Origin: a bacterium UBA2219
GTDB lineage: Bacteria > Desulfobacterota > Deferrimicrobia > Deferrimicrobiales > Deferrimicrobiaceae
Assembly (NCBI GenBank): GCA_002327765.1
Contig: DCUH01000133.1
Span: forward strand, 58,885 to 122,884
DNA length: 64,000 nucleotides
Direction: 5' to 3'
Shown here: positions 10,277 through 18,603 of the stretch, piece after piece
Numbering within the stretch: the stretch's first letter is position 1
Layout: each line of letters begins with the position of its first letter
Translations under genes and position numbers: made by a program
The notes under the pieces: model-generated
Seen by the model: only the letters and a program-made list of their open reading frames with translations
The model's database searches: none
What the model was told of the DNA's origin: nothing

Positions 10277-12436
10277 CTAGCGTTTCAGCGCGCGGGCTTT
10301 GATCGTGGAAGCGGCCCCGGCCAGTTCGACCGCCTGGTCGAAATGCTCCGAGGAGATCGTAAGCTTCGAGAAATCGGGCTTCTCCTCCTTGCAGATCGCC
10401 TCGTCGACGACGGCGAGAACGGCCTTCTTGCACATGGTTTCGATGTCGGCCCCGGTCCACCCGTCGGTCTTGTCGGCGAGCACGTCGATGTCGACCTCGG
10501 TGCGGAACGGCAGCGTCTGCAGGAACATCTGCAGGATCTCCAGCCGCTCCTCCCTCGGGGGAAGCGGGAACTCGATGACGGAATCGAAGCGGCCCGAGCG
10601 GAGCAGCGCGGGCTCCATCAAGTCGATCCGGTTGGTGGCGGCGAGGTACATGACGCCCAGGGAGCTCTGCAGGCCGTCGAGCTCGCGGAACAGCTGGCTG
10701 ACGAGCCTCTGGGAGGCCTGCCCGGCGTCCTCCGCCGAACGGGCCGGCGCCATGGTCTCGATCTCGTCGAAGAACAGGATGCAAGGCGAGGCCTGCTTGG
10801 CCCGCTTGAAGACTTCCCGGAGCCCCTTTTCCGATTCCCCGACCCACTTCGACAGCAGGGTGGGCGGGTCGACGGTGAACAGGGTCATGCCCATCTCGCC
10901 CGCGATGGCCTTGGCCATCATGGTCTTCCCGGTCCCGGACGGGCCGGAGAAGATCACGCCCCGGGGAGGCGTCAGGCGGGAGCCGGCGAAGAGGGAAGAG
11001 CCCCGCAGGGGCAGCCGCATCATGGAAAGCAGGTTCTTCTTGATCTGGTGCAGACCGCCGATGTCCTTGAAGAAGACGTTGGGACGCTCGCTCATGAACT
11101 CGCGCGTCGAGGTGGGCTCGACCTCCTTGTAGGCGGTCATGAAGTCCCCGGCGGTTACCTTGACCTCCTGCCCCTCTTCCAGCTTGGGCTTCTGGTCCAC
11201 CTCGAACTTGACCGACGGCATGAGGCGCCGCAGGGCCGCCATGCCCGCCTCGGTGCAGAGGGCGGAGATGTCGGCGCCGACGTACCCGTGGGTGATCTCG
11301 GCCAGGCGCTCCAGATCGACGTCGTCGGCCAGCGGCATCTTGCGGGAGTGGATCTTCAGGATCGCGAGGCGCTCATGCCGCTTCGGCACGCCGATCGTGA
11401 TCTCGCGGTCGAACCGGCCCGGGCGCCGGAGGGCGAAGTCGACGAGCTCCGGCATGTTGGTCGCGCCGATGATGACGATTTCCCCGCGGCCGACGAGGCC
11501 GTCCATCAAGGCCAGGAGCTGCGCCACGACACGCTTCTCCACGTCGCCCACGACGGTGGCCCGCTTCGGGGCCAGGGCGTCCATTTCGTCGAAGAAGATG
11601 ATGGCGGGGGCGTTCTTCCGGGCTTCCTCGAAGACCGCCCGCAGCTTGGCCTCGCTCTCTCCGTAGAACTTGTGGATGAGCTCGGGGCCGTTCACGTGGA
11701 GGAAGTGGGCCCGGACCTCGTTGGAGATGGCCCGCGCGATGAGGGTCTTCCCGGTTCCCGGGGGCCCCGACAGGAGGACTCCCTTGGGCGGGTCGATGCC
11801 CAGCTGGGCGAACATCTCGGGGAACTTCAGGGGAAGCTCGATCATCTCGCGGACGTGGCCGAGCTCCTTTTCCAGGCCGCCGATGTCCTCGTAGGAGGTC
11901 CGCGTCGCCTTCTCGGAAGCGAAATCGGTGCCCCGGAACGAGATCTCGGTGTGGGCGGTGATCCGGATGGCACCGCGGGGGCTGGCGCCCTCCACCATGT
12001 AGAACACCGGCTTGGTGCCGAACATGACGATCTGGATCCGGTCGCCGATGACGACGTGAAGGCCCTGAAGGAGCAGCCGGATGTGGGGGATCTCCGCGTC
12101 CTTCGGCAGCGGGCTGCGGACGTCGACGGGGGCCAGGATGACGCTGTCGGCCTGCTTATAGGGAACCTTCTGGACGGTGCATTCCTCGTCGACGGAGATC
12201 TGCGCGTTGTCGCGCGTGATGCCGTCGATCAGGACCAGCCCCTGGCCGCAGAACTGCTGGGGTGCGTGCGCGGCGCGGGCCACGGTCGAGCGGCGGCCGG
12301 TTATGAGGAGAGCGTCCCCGGGAATCGCGTGGAGCCGGTCCAGGTCGTCCGGGTCCAGCCGGGCCAGGCCCTTGCCTTCATCCTCGATAAACGCTCTAGT
12401 AACTTTCAGGGAAAAATCATCGGGAGATTTTGCCAC
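10277..12436 (-). CDS. Cdc48/VCP-like double-ring AAA+ ATPase
   Basis: 719 aa. CDC48-type N domain followed by two AAA modules, each with Walker A (GPPGTGKT / GPSGTGKT), Walker B (IIFFDEMD / ILFFDEIE) and second-region-of-homology arginines. Confidence 0.9.
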   Translation of the reverse strand: MAKSPDDFSLKVTRAFIEDEGKGLARLDPDDLDRLHAIPGDALLITGRRSTVARAAHAPQQFCGQGLVLIDGITRDNAQISVDEECTVQKVPYKQADSVILAPVDVRSPLPKDAEIPHIRLLLQGLHVVIGDRIQIVMFGTKPVFYMVEGASPRGAIRITAHTEISFRGTDFASEKATRTSYEDIGGLEKELGHVREMIELPLKFPEMFAQLGIDPPKGVLLSGPPGTGKTLIARAISNEVRAHFLHVNGPELIHKFYGESEAKLRAVFEEARKNAPAIIFFDEMDALAPKRATVVGDVEKRVVAQLLALMDGLVGRGEIVIIGATNMPELVDFALRRPGRFDREITIGVPKRHERLAILKIHSRKMPLADDVDLERLAEITHGYVGADISALCTEAGMAALRRLMPSVKFEVDQKPKLEEGQEVKVTAGDFMTAYKEVEPTSTREFMSERPNVFFKDIGGLHQIKKNLLSMMRLPLRGSSLFAGSRLTPPRGVIFSGPSGTGKTMMAKAIAGEMGMTLFTVDPPTLLSKWVGESEKGLREVFKRAKQASPCILFFDEIETMAPARSAEDAGQASQRLVSQLFRELDGLQSSLGVMYLAATNRIDLMEPALLRSGRFDSVIEFPLPPREERLEILQMFLQTLPFRTEVDIDVLADKTDGWTGADIETMCKKAVLAVVDEAICKEEKPDFSKLTISSEHFDQAVELAGAASTIKARALKR

Positions 12437-12498
12437 TGTCGGTCGCCTCGCCGTGGGATGTATTCAGCCGAACGACTTGTATACAGAATACAAACTGA

Positions 12499-12509
12499 TG
12501 GTCTGACCA
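12499..12509. promoter_or_regulatory. Perfect palindrome TGGTCTGACCA (FadR/GntR-type operator-like) about 60 nt upstream of the cdc48-like start
   Basis: Seen directly. It matches the core of FadR-subfamily operators (TGGTCnGACCA). It sits in the promoter region of the minus-strand cdc48-gntR-porGDAB gene string. Confidence 0.35.
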
Positions 12510-12704
12510 AAATATAGTGGAACGACCGGTCGGTGTCAAGGGAAAACTGGGTGGGGGATGAGGCAAGAAGGAAACGTAATGCTTCCGATTAGTTATACTC
12601 TTTTGCTTTACGCAGCCCCCGTCCCCGCCGGGGTTCCCCGCGCGATCCCCGCGCGGGGACGGAAGCCGAATCGCCTCGAAAGAACGAGCCGAACCCGGAC
12701 CGGA

Positions 12705-13196
12705 TCAGCTCGGCCCGCCGCAGTGGTGCACGAGGACCGGGAACTTCGACTTGGCCAGGATCTTGGTCGCGAGGTTCCCGAACAGCGAGCCCAGCAACCC
12801 GGGATTGCCGTGGGTCGAGATGAAGATCATGTCGCACTTCTTTTCGGCGGCCACCTTCAGGATGCCGTCGACGGTGTCTTCGCCGGGAACATGCGCCAGT
12901 TCGCAGGGCACGCCGACGCTGTCGCACATCTTCTTCGCCACCGCGAGCGACTTTGCCGCCTCCGCCTCCTTCTCCCCGTCGACGCCGAACATGGCCGCCT
13001 TCGCCGCAGCGACGTCGGACAGCGACGTCAGCTCCTTCATGTCGTGGAGCCTCAGGATGTCGCCGGAGGAGAGCTTCCCGGTGACGCATACCGCGGTAAC
13101 CTTGGCCCCCATCGTCTTCGCGATCTGGACGCCGTGGCAGACACCGAACACGCACTTCCCCAAACCGTCCGTGGGCAACAGGATATTCTTGTACAT
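12705..13196 (-). CDS. Universal stress protein UspA family
   Basis: MYKNILLPTDGLGK... with the C-terminal ATP-binding motif (GSxxG-like: STHGNPGLLGSLFGNLATKI). Start at internal ATG (rev-comp 13194-13196) with a GGAGG RBS. The longer ORF-track version overlaps the tRNA and its terminator and is rejected. Confidence 0.8.
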   Translation of the reverse strand: MYKNILLPTDGLGKCVFGVCHGVQIAKTMGAKVTAVCVTGKLSSGDILRLHDMKELTSLSDVAAAKAAMFGVDGEKEAEAAKSLAVAKKMCDSVGVPCELAHVPGEDTVDGILKVAAEKKCDMIFISTHGNPGLLGSLFGNLATKILAKSKFPVLVHHCGGPS

Positions 13197-13240
13197 GGGA
13201 CCTCCTTCGTGATCTGCCGGCCGAAAACCCGGAATGGTTA

Positions 13241-13270
13241 TTATCCCGATCAAAAGGCCGTGCCTGTCAA
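13241..13270 (-). promoter_or_regulatory. Putative sigma70-type promoter of uspA (TTGACA-18nt-GATAAT)
   Basis: On the minus strand: TTGACA (rev-comp of 13265-13270), an 18-nt spacer, then GATAAT (rev-comp of 13241-13246). It lies about 45 nt upstream of the uspA start. Confidence 0.3.
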
Positions 13271-13299
13271 GCGCAAATCCCGGCGTTGGGTCGCTTTCG

Positions 13300-13343
13300 G
13301 GGAAAAAAAGGGGGGTGCGGGCAACGGCGCCCGCAACCCCCGG
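13300..13343 (-). terminator. Rho-independent terminator downstream of tRNA-Pro
   Basis: Minus strand: GGGGGTTGCGGGCGCCGTTGCCCGCACCCCCC hairpin followed directly by TTTTTTT, 8 nt after the tRNA 3' CCA. Confidence 0.6.
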
Positions 13344-13350
13344 GTGGGCA

Positions 13351-13427
13351 TGGTCGGGATGACTGGATTTGAACCAGCGACCCCCTGGTCCCGAACCAGG
13401 TGCTCTACCAGGCTGAGCCACATCCCG
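13351..13427 (-). tRNA. tRNA-Pro (anticodon CGG), CCA encoded
   Basis: Hand-folded cloverleaf: acceptor CGGGATG/CATCCCG; D arm GCTC-AGCCTGGTA-GAGC; anticodon arm CCTGG-TTCGGGA-CCAGG (anticodon CGG); T arm GCTGG-TTCAAAT-CCAGT; discriminator A; 3' CCA. Confidence 0.9.
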
Positions 13428-13503
13428 ACGCGAAAGGAAACTATCCTACCAACGGCGTCGCCGGGTCGTCAATAGGGAGATTCCGGCGCCTCGCCCGCCT
13501 CCT

Positions 13504-14145
13504 TCACAACCCCATCGGCTCGCCGCAGACGATCACCGTGATGTCCGAGTTCGGCGGCTTCCGCTCGATGATCGAATAGACGCGGCAGATGCGCTGGGGG
13601 GAGGAGCATTCCTCGCAGAGGCCGGTGACCGCGCAGGGCGTGGAAAGCTGCAGGCGCCTGGCGTTCCGGGGAGCGGCCACCGACTTGATCCGCTTGATCG
13701 CCTCGGCGACGTCGGCCACGATCTTGTTCGCGCCCGCGACCACCATGATCTTCTTCGGGCCGAACGTCATCGCGTTCGTCCGGTTGCCGTTCATGTCGAG
13801 GTTGACGAGGCACCCGTTCAGCGTGACCGCGTTGGTCCCCGACAGGAAGAGGTCGCAGGTCAGCTCCTCGTGGCGAACGGCGGCCTTCTCCCCGGCGGGG
13901 ACCCGCCCGTGGTCCAGCAGCCGCTTCCCCTTCCCCGCGAGCGCCTCGTGGATCCCCAGCTCCCCGACGGTCATCGACCCGCCGAAGCCGATGGAGACGG
14001 CCTTTTCGCACTCCGCCAGCAGGCGGTCCCGGGCGGATTCCCTGTCGGGGAGGAACAGGGCGTCGAAACCGTTCTTCCGCAGCGCCTCGACGCACCGTTT
14101 CCCCCGCTGCTCGAAATGCCACAACCCGATCTCCAGTCGGTCCAC
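13504..14145 (-). CDS. LUD-domain (LutC/YkgG-like, DUF162) protein
   Basis: 213-aa protein with the lactate-utilisation LUD fold signature region (FGGSMTVGELGI..., MVVAGANKIV). Confidence 0.7.
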   Translation of the reverse strand: MDRLEIGLWHFEQRGKRCVEALRKNGFDALFLPDRESARDRLLAECEKAVSIGFGGSMTVGELGIHEALAGKGKRLLDHGRVPAGEKAAVRHEELTCDLFLSGTNAVTLNGCLVNLDMNGNRTNAMTFGPKKIMVVAGANKIVADVAEAIKRIKSVAAPRNARRLQLSTPCAVTGLCEECSSPQRICRVYSIIERKPPNSDITVIVCGEPMGL

Positions 14146-14175
14146 TGCGCGCCCCCCTTCCCGGGCGATCGCCCG

Positions 14176-14853
14176 TCAGGCCTTGAGGCCGACGGCCGAG
14201 CGGATGTTCCGCTTCATGCGCCCGATCGTCTCCTTGTAGTCCGGCGTCCCGAAAACCCCCGACCCCGAGACGATCACGTTCGCCCCGGCAGCCGCCACTT
14301 CCCCGACATTGTCGGCCTTGATCCCGCCGTCCACCTGGATGTCCACGTCCAGCTTCGCCCGCCGGATCTGCGAGCGGAGCAGCTCGATCTTCGCCAGCGA
14401 CGCCGGGAGGAACGCCTGCCCCCCGAACCCGGGGTTGACGCTCATGATCAGGACCATGTCCACGTCCTGGAGGACCCATTCGACGGCGGAAAGCGAGGTG
14501 CCCGGGTTCAGCGCCACGCCGGCTTTCCTGCCCAGCTCCCGGACCCGGGCCACGGCGCGCTGGAGGTGGGGCGTGGCCTCCGGGTGGACCGTGATGATGT
14601 CGGCCCCCGCACCGGAGAACGCGTCGATGTACCGCTCGGGCTCGACGATCATCAGGTGCACGTCCAGCGGTATCGTGGCGCATTTCCTGATCGCCTCGAC
14701 CACGAACGGGCCGATGGTGATGTTGGGGACGAACCTGCCGTCCATGACGTCCACGTGGAGGAGGTCGGCCCCCGCCTCCTCGATGGCCCGGATCTCCTCC
14801 GCCAGCCTCCCGAAGTCGGCGGACAACAGCGACGGCGCGATGTAATAGTCCAT
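14176..14853 (-). CDS. rpe: Ribulose-phosphate 3-epimerase
   Basis: Typical Rpe sequence (IAPSLLSADF...LHVDVMDGRFVPNITIGP...GGQAFLP...DGGI). 225 aa, with AGGGGAG RBS. Confidence 0.9.
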   Translation of the reverse strand: MDYYIAPSLLSADFGRLAEEIRAIEEAGADLLHVDVMDGRFVPNITIGPFVVEAIRKCATIPLDVHLMIVEPERYIDAFSGAGADIITVHPEATPHLQRAVARVRELGRKAGVALNPGTSLSAVEWVLQDVDMVLIMSVNPGFGGQAFLPASLAKIELLRSQIRRAKLDVDIQVDGGIKADNVGEVAAAGANVIVSGSGVFGTPDYKETIGRMKRNIRSAVGLKA

Positions 14854-14880
14854 GGATCTCCCCTTTCCCCGTATCCTACC

Positions 14881-14929
14881 TTAGAACCGGGACGTAGATG
14901 AGTTCTTCCGCAGTTCAGGGACACTCATG
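14881..14929 (-). repeat. Copy D of the ~50-nt repeat family, inverted relative to A/B/C so that it points toward rpe
   Basis: Rev-comp reads CATGAGTGTCCCTGAACTGCGGAAGAACTCATCTACGTCCCGGTTCTAA. It lies 30-75 nt upstream of the rpe start. Confidence 0.6.
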
Positions 14930-14967
14930 AAATCCCGGTTTGTCCGACTTGTCGGGCCGAATCCTTT

Positions 14968-15018
14968 CATCTCTGTCCCTGTTTTGCGGAAGAACTCATC
15001 TACGTCCCGGTTTTGTGG
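14968..15018 (+). repeat. Copy A of the ~50-nt repeat family
   Basis: CATCTCTGTCCCTGTTTTGCGGAAGAACTCATCTACGTCCCGGTTTTGTGG. It lies upstream of the caspase-like gene. Confidence 0.6.
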
Positions 15019-15029
15019 TCCGCCTCCTG

Positions 15030-15080
15030 CATCTCCGTCCCCAGGCTGGTGAGGAACTCATCAACGTCCCGGTTCCGGGG
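15030..15080 (+). repeat. Copy B of the ~50-nt repeat family (tandem to A)
   Basis: CATCTCCGTCCCCAGGCTGGTGAGGAACTCATCAACGTCCCGGTTCCGGGG. It ends 22 nt before the caspase ATG. Confidence 0.6.
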
Positions 15081-15102
15081 GCGGTCCTGGGGAGGTGCTT
15101 CC

Positions 15103-15963
15103 ATGAAGAAGAAGGCGTTGCTGGTCGGCATCGACAAATACCCGGATCCGCGCGACGGGTTGAGGGGGTGCGTCAACGACGTGCGCCTGATGGAGGAAAC
15201 GCTTCGCGGGGAATACGGTTTCTCCGGCAAGTCCGACATCCGCATCCTCGCCGACTCCCGCGCCACGACGGACGCGATCCTCGACGGCCTTTCGTGGCTC
15301 GTCGCCGGGGCGGCCCCCGGCGATTCCCTCGTGTTCCATTACTCCGGCCACGGTTCCCAGGTGCCCGACGACCGGCACGGCGACGAGACGTCCGACGGCC
15401 TCGACGAGATCCTTTGCCCCTACGACCTCGACTGGGACCGCCCGTTGACCGACGACCGCCTTGCCGCCGCGTGCGCCGGCATCCCGAGGGATGCGCTTCT
15501 TACCGTCATCCTCGACTGCTGCCATTCCGGCACCGGCCTGCGCGAGACCGGCCGCCCCTGCGGCCCGGCCCGCCCGCGCTTCATGCCGAGCCCGTCCGAT
15601 CCGTTCCCTCCGGCCCTGCGCCCCGTGCGCCGGTTCGGGGTATCCGTCACGAGGACCAAGGCGGTGCTGCTCGCCGCCTGCCGCGAAAACCAGACGTGCG
15701 CCGACGCCCCGATCGGCGCCTCCTGGCACGGCGCGCACACCTATTACCTCTGCCGGGCCTTGCGCCATGCCAACTGGATCGCAACCTATCGCGCGCTCGT
15801 CGCCTCCATGGGAGACGCCCTCGCCCGGGCCGGCTTCGACCAGGCCCCCCAGCTCGAGGGGCCGTCCCGCCTCCTGTCCTCCCGGTTCCTGGAACCTCCC
15901 CCGAAGGGGGGCGCCCGGAGGGAAACGGGGATGCGCATCGGGCTCCCCCTGCTGTGCCGGTGA
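15103..15963 (+). CDS. Caspase-like peptidase (peptidase C14, orthocaspase), stand-alone catalytic domain
   Basis: ALLVGIDKYPD...LRGCVNDV, His in HYSGHGSQ, and catalytic Cys in DCCHSG. 286 aa with no fused effector domain. GGGGAGG RBS. Confidence 0.85.
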   Translation: MKKKALLVGIDKYPDPRDGLRGCVNDVRLMEETLRGEYGFSGKSDIRILADSRATTDAILDGLSWLVAGAAPGDSLVFHYSGHGSQVPDDRHGDETSDGLDEILCPYDLDWDRPLTDDRLAAACAGIPRDALLTVILDCCHSGTGLRETGRPCGPARPRFMPSPSDPFPPALRPVRRFGVSVTRTKAVLLAACRENQTCADAPIGASWHGAHTYYLCRALRHANWIATYRALVASMGDALARAGFDQAPQLEGPSRLLSSRFLEPPPKGGARRETGMRIGLPLLCR

Positions 15964-16065
15964 GACGGCCGCCCTCCTTTTTCCGGAGAAAAGGGGGTTG
16001 CCGCCGGGCTATGCTGAAAGGCGAGGAAGAGAATCCGTCCGGTTCCATCGGAAAGGAGCTGTTCC

Positions 16066-18378
16066 ATGCCGGTCCGCGCGGCTTGTCTGGGATACCCTCG
16101 CATCGGGATCGACCGGGGATTGAAGAAGGCGCTCGAAAGCCACTGGGCGGGGAAGCTTTCCGCGGAGCAGCTCAAAGGCGTAGCCTCCGCGCTCCGCCGG
16201 GCCGCCTGGATGTCGATGAAGGTCGCCGGGATCGACCATATCCCGGGCAACGACTTTTCGCTGTACGATCACGTGCTCGACATGGCGGTCGCCGTCGGCG
16301 CCGTCCCCGCGCGCTACCGCCGCATCGAGGACCCTCTCGCCCGCTATTTCGCGATGGCGCGGGGGCTTCAGGACCACGCGGCGGGCATCGATGTCCCGGC
16401 GCTCGACATGACCAAGTGGTTCGACACGAATTACCACTACATCGTCCCGGAGCTGGAGGAGCGGCAGGCGTTCCGGCTCGACGCGTCGAAGATCCTGTCC
16501 GAGGTGGAGGAGGCGCGCTCCCTCGGGGTCGAGATCCGCCCCGTGGTCCCCGGCCCGGTCACCTTCCTGATGCTGTCCCGGTTCGGGCCCGGCGCGCGCG
16601 GTGGGCGCGTTCCCCTCGACCTTCTCGGCGCGCTGCTGCCGGTCTACGGGGAGCTGCTCGCGGCGCTGGCCGCTCGGGGCGTCGCGTGGGTCCAGGTCGA
16701 CGAGCCCTGCCTGGTCCTGGATCTCGACGACCGCGCCGCGGAAGCGTACCGGATCGCGCTTCGCCGGCTCGCCGCCTGCGAAAGCCGCCCGCGGCTGATG
16801 GTCGCTACCTGCTTCGGCCCTGTCGCCCGCAACCTGCCTCTGTTCGCGGAGTCGGGATGCGACGCCCTCCACGTCGACCTGGCGAGGGCCCCGGGCCAGC
16901 TGCAGGCGGTCCTCGACGGGCTTCCTCCCGAAGCGCAACTCTCCCTCGGCGTGGTGGACGGCCGCAACATCTGGCGCGCCGACCTGGACGCCGCCCACGC
17001 GCTCGTCCGGCGCGCCCGCGAGGCGCTCGGGGAGGAGAGGTTGTCCGTCGCCCCCTCCTGCTCCCTGCTCCACGTGCCGATCGACCTCGCCGCCGAGAAG
17101 CGGCTCGACCCCGGGCTGAAAGGCTGGCTCGCCTTCGCCGCCCAGAAGCTCGCGGAGGTGCGGGCGCTGGCGGACGCGGCCGGAGACGACGCGCCGGCGG
17201 GGCCGTTCTTCGAGGAGGCGCGCGCGGCGCTGGCCGGGCGGCGGGCGTCGCCCCGGACGCGCGACCCGGAGGTTCGGGCCCGGGCCGCCGCCGTGGACGC
17301 GGCGATGCTGCGCCGGGCCGCCCCCTTCGGGGAGCGCATCGCGAAGCAGCGGGCGCGCTTCGGCCTGCCGCTCCTGCCGACGACCACGATCGGCTCGTTC
17401 CCCCAGACCGCGGAGGTCCGCGAGGCCCGCGCGAAACGGCGGAAGGGGCAATGGACGGAAGAGGAGTACGAGGGCTTCCTCCGGGAGCAGGTGCGAAGGT
17501 GCGTCGCGACCCAGGAGAAGCTGGGGCTCGACGTCCTGGTTCACGGGGAGTTCGAGCGGAACGACATGGTCGAATACTTCGGGGAGAAGCTCGAGGGGTA
17601 CGCCTTCACCGAAAACGGCTGGGTCCAGAGCTACGGCTCCCGGTGCGTGAAGCCCCCCGTGCTCTTCGGGGACGTGTCGCGGCGCGCCCCCATGACGGTG
17701 GAATGGTCGGGGTTCGCCCGGTCGCTTTCGCGGCGGCCCATGAAGGGGATCCTCACCGGCCCGGTCACGATGCTCCAGTGGTCGTTCGTCCGGGACGACC
17801 AGCCGCGCGAGGAGACGTGCCTGCAGGTGGCGCTCGCGCTCCGCGACGAGGTGGCCGACCTCGAGGCCGCGGGGATCGCCATGATCCAGGTTGACGAGCC
17901 GGCGATCCGGGAAGGGCTGCCGCTGCGCCGCGGGGACCGGGCGGCATACCTGCGTTGGGCGGTCGACGCCTTCCGCCTCGCCACGAGCGGGGTCCGCGAC
18001 GAGACCCAGGTCCACACGCACCTGTGCTATTCGGAGTTCGGGGACATCATGGATTCCATCGTGGAAATGGACGCGGACGTCCTTTCCATCGAGTCGTCCC
18101 GCTCCGGGATGGAGCTGCTCTCCGATTTCCGACGCTGCAGCTACCCGAACGAGATCGGCCCCGGCGTCTACGACATCCATTCGCCGCGTGTTCCGTCCGC
18201 CGGGGAAATGGAGGAGCTGATCGCGAAGGCGGCCGAGGCGATCCCGCCGGCGCGCCTTTGGGTGAACCCGGACTGCGGCCTCAAGACGCGCGGCTGGACG
18301 GAGGTCGAGGCGGCGCTCGGGAACATGGTGGAAGCCGCGCGCCGGGTGAGGGAGCGGCTCGGCCCCCGGGAGGGCTGA
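16066..18378 (+). CDS. metE: Cobalamin-independent methionine synthase (5-methyltetrahydropteroyltriglutamate--homocysteine S-methyltransferase)
   Basis: 770 aa with N- and C-terminal MetE (UroD-like) barrels, a conserved N-terminus (VRAACLGYPRIGIDRGLKKALE) and a C-terminal Zn-binding region (HTHLCYSEF...DCGLKTR). Confidence 0.95.
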   Translation: MPVRAACLGYPRIGIDRGLKKALESHWAGKLSAEQLKGVASALRRAAWMSMKVAGIDHIPGNDFSLYDHVLDMAVAVGAVPARYRRIEDPLARYFAMARGLQDHAAGIDVPALDMTKWFDTNYHYIVPELEERQAFRLDASKILSEVEEARSLGVEIRPVVPGPVTFLMLSRFGPGARGGRVPLDLLGALLPVYGELLAALAARGVAWVQVDEPCLVLDLDDRAAEAYRIALRRLAACESRPRLMVATCFGPVARNLPLFAESGCDALHVDLARAPGQLQAVLDGLPPEAQLSLGVVDGRNIWRADLDAAHALVRRAREALGEERLSVAPSCSLLHVPIDLAAEKRLDPGLKGWLAFAAQKLAEVRALADAAGDDAPAGPFFEEARAALAGRRASPRTRDPEVRARAAAVDAAMLRRAAPFGERIAKQRARFGLPLLPTTTIGSFPQTAEVREARAKRRKGQWTEEEYEGFLREQVRRCVATQEKLGLDVLVHGEFERNDMVEYFGEKLEGYAFTENGWVQSYGSRCVKPPVLFGDVSRRAPMTVEWSGFARSLSRRPMKGILTGPVTMLQWSFVRDDQPREETCLQVALALRDEVADLEAAGIAMIQVDEPAIREGLPLRRGDRAAYLRWAVDAFRLATSGVRDETQVHTHLCYSEFGDIMDSIVEMDADVLSIESSRSGMELLSDFRRCSYPNEIGPGVYDIHSPRVPSAGEMEELIAKAAEAIPPARLWVNPDCGLKTRGWTEVEAALGNMVEAARRVRERLGPREG

Positions 18379-18603
18379 CTCCCCGGCTCCTTCGGCATCG
18401 CGTGGCATCCGCCCGTCGCCGGGCGCGCGACGGGGCCGGCCCCGCTCCGCCATGCAGCCCCGCTCCCCTTGCCCGTTTCCGCCGCTTCCGGTACTATCCC
18501 CATGCAGCGGAATCCGGTGCGCCGGGCTGCGGGAGACGTCGCATCGGGCAGCGATGCCCACGACGCCGACGATGCCGTCGACGCGGAAAGCGGGGAGCGG
18601 TCC

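Noticed and set aside
12631-12674. GC-rich hairpin CCCCGCGCG-atccc-CGCGCGGGG 3' of uspA as a rho-independent terminator
   Set aside because: The stem-loop is strong, but it is not followed by a U-tract on either transcribed strand. Left unannotated.
12558-13475. ORF-track CDSs 12558-13475 (+) and the long version of 12705-13421 (-)
   Set aside because: They run across the tRNA-Pro gene and its terminator. The minus-strand one is real only from the internal ATG at 13196 (UspA), and the plus-strand one is antisense to uspA.
14940-17894. Very long ORFs in alternative frames and on the opposite strand over metE, the Wza-like genes, TctA and others (for example 14940-17894 +, 16009-19125 -, 19937-22762 +, 21045-23084 -, 2753-4270 +, 38628-41039 -, 40094-42100 -, 42043-44205 -)
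   Set aside because: Their translations are Arg/Pro/Gly-rich low-complexity strings typical of stop-poor frames in 65-70% GC DNA. Each overlaps a gene with strong family-specific motifs in another frame.
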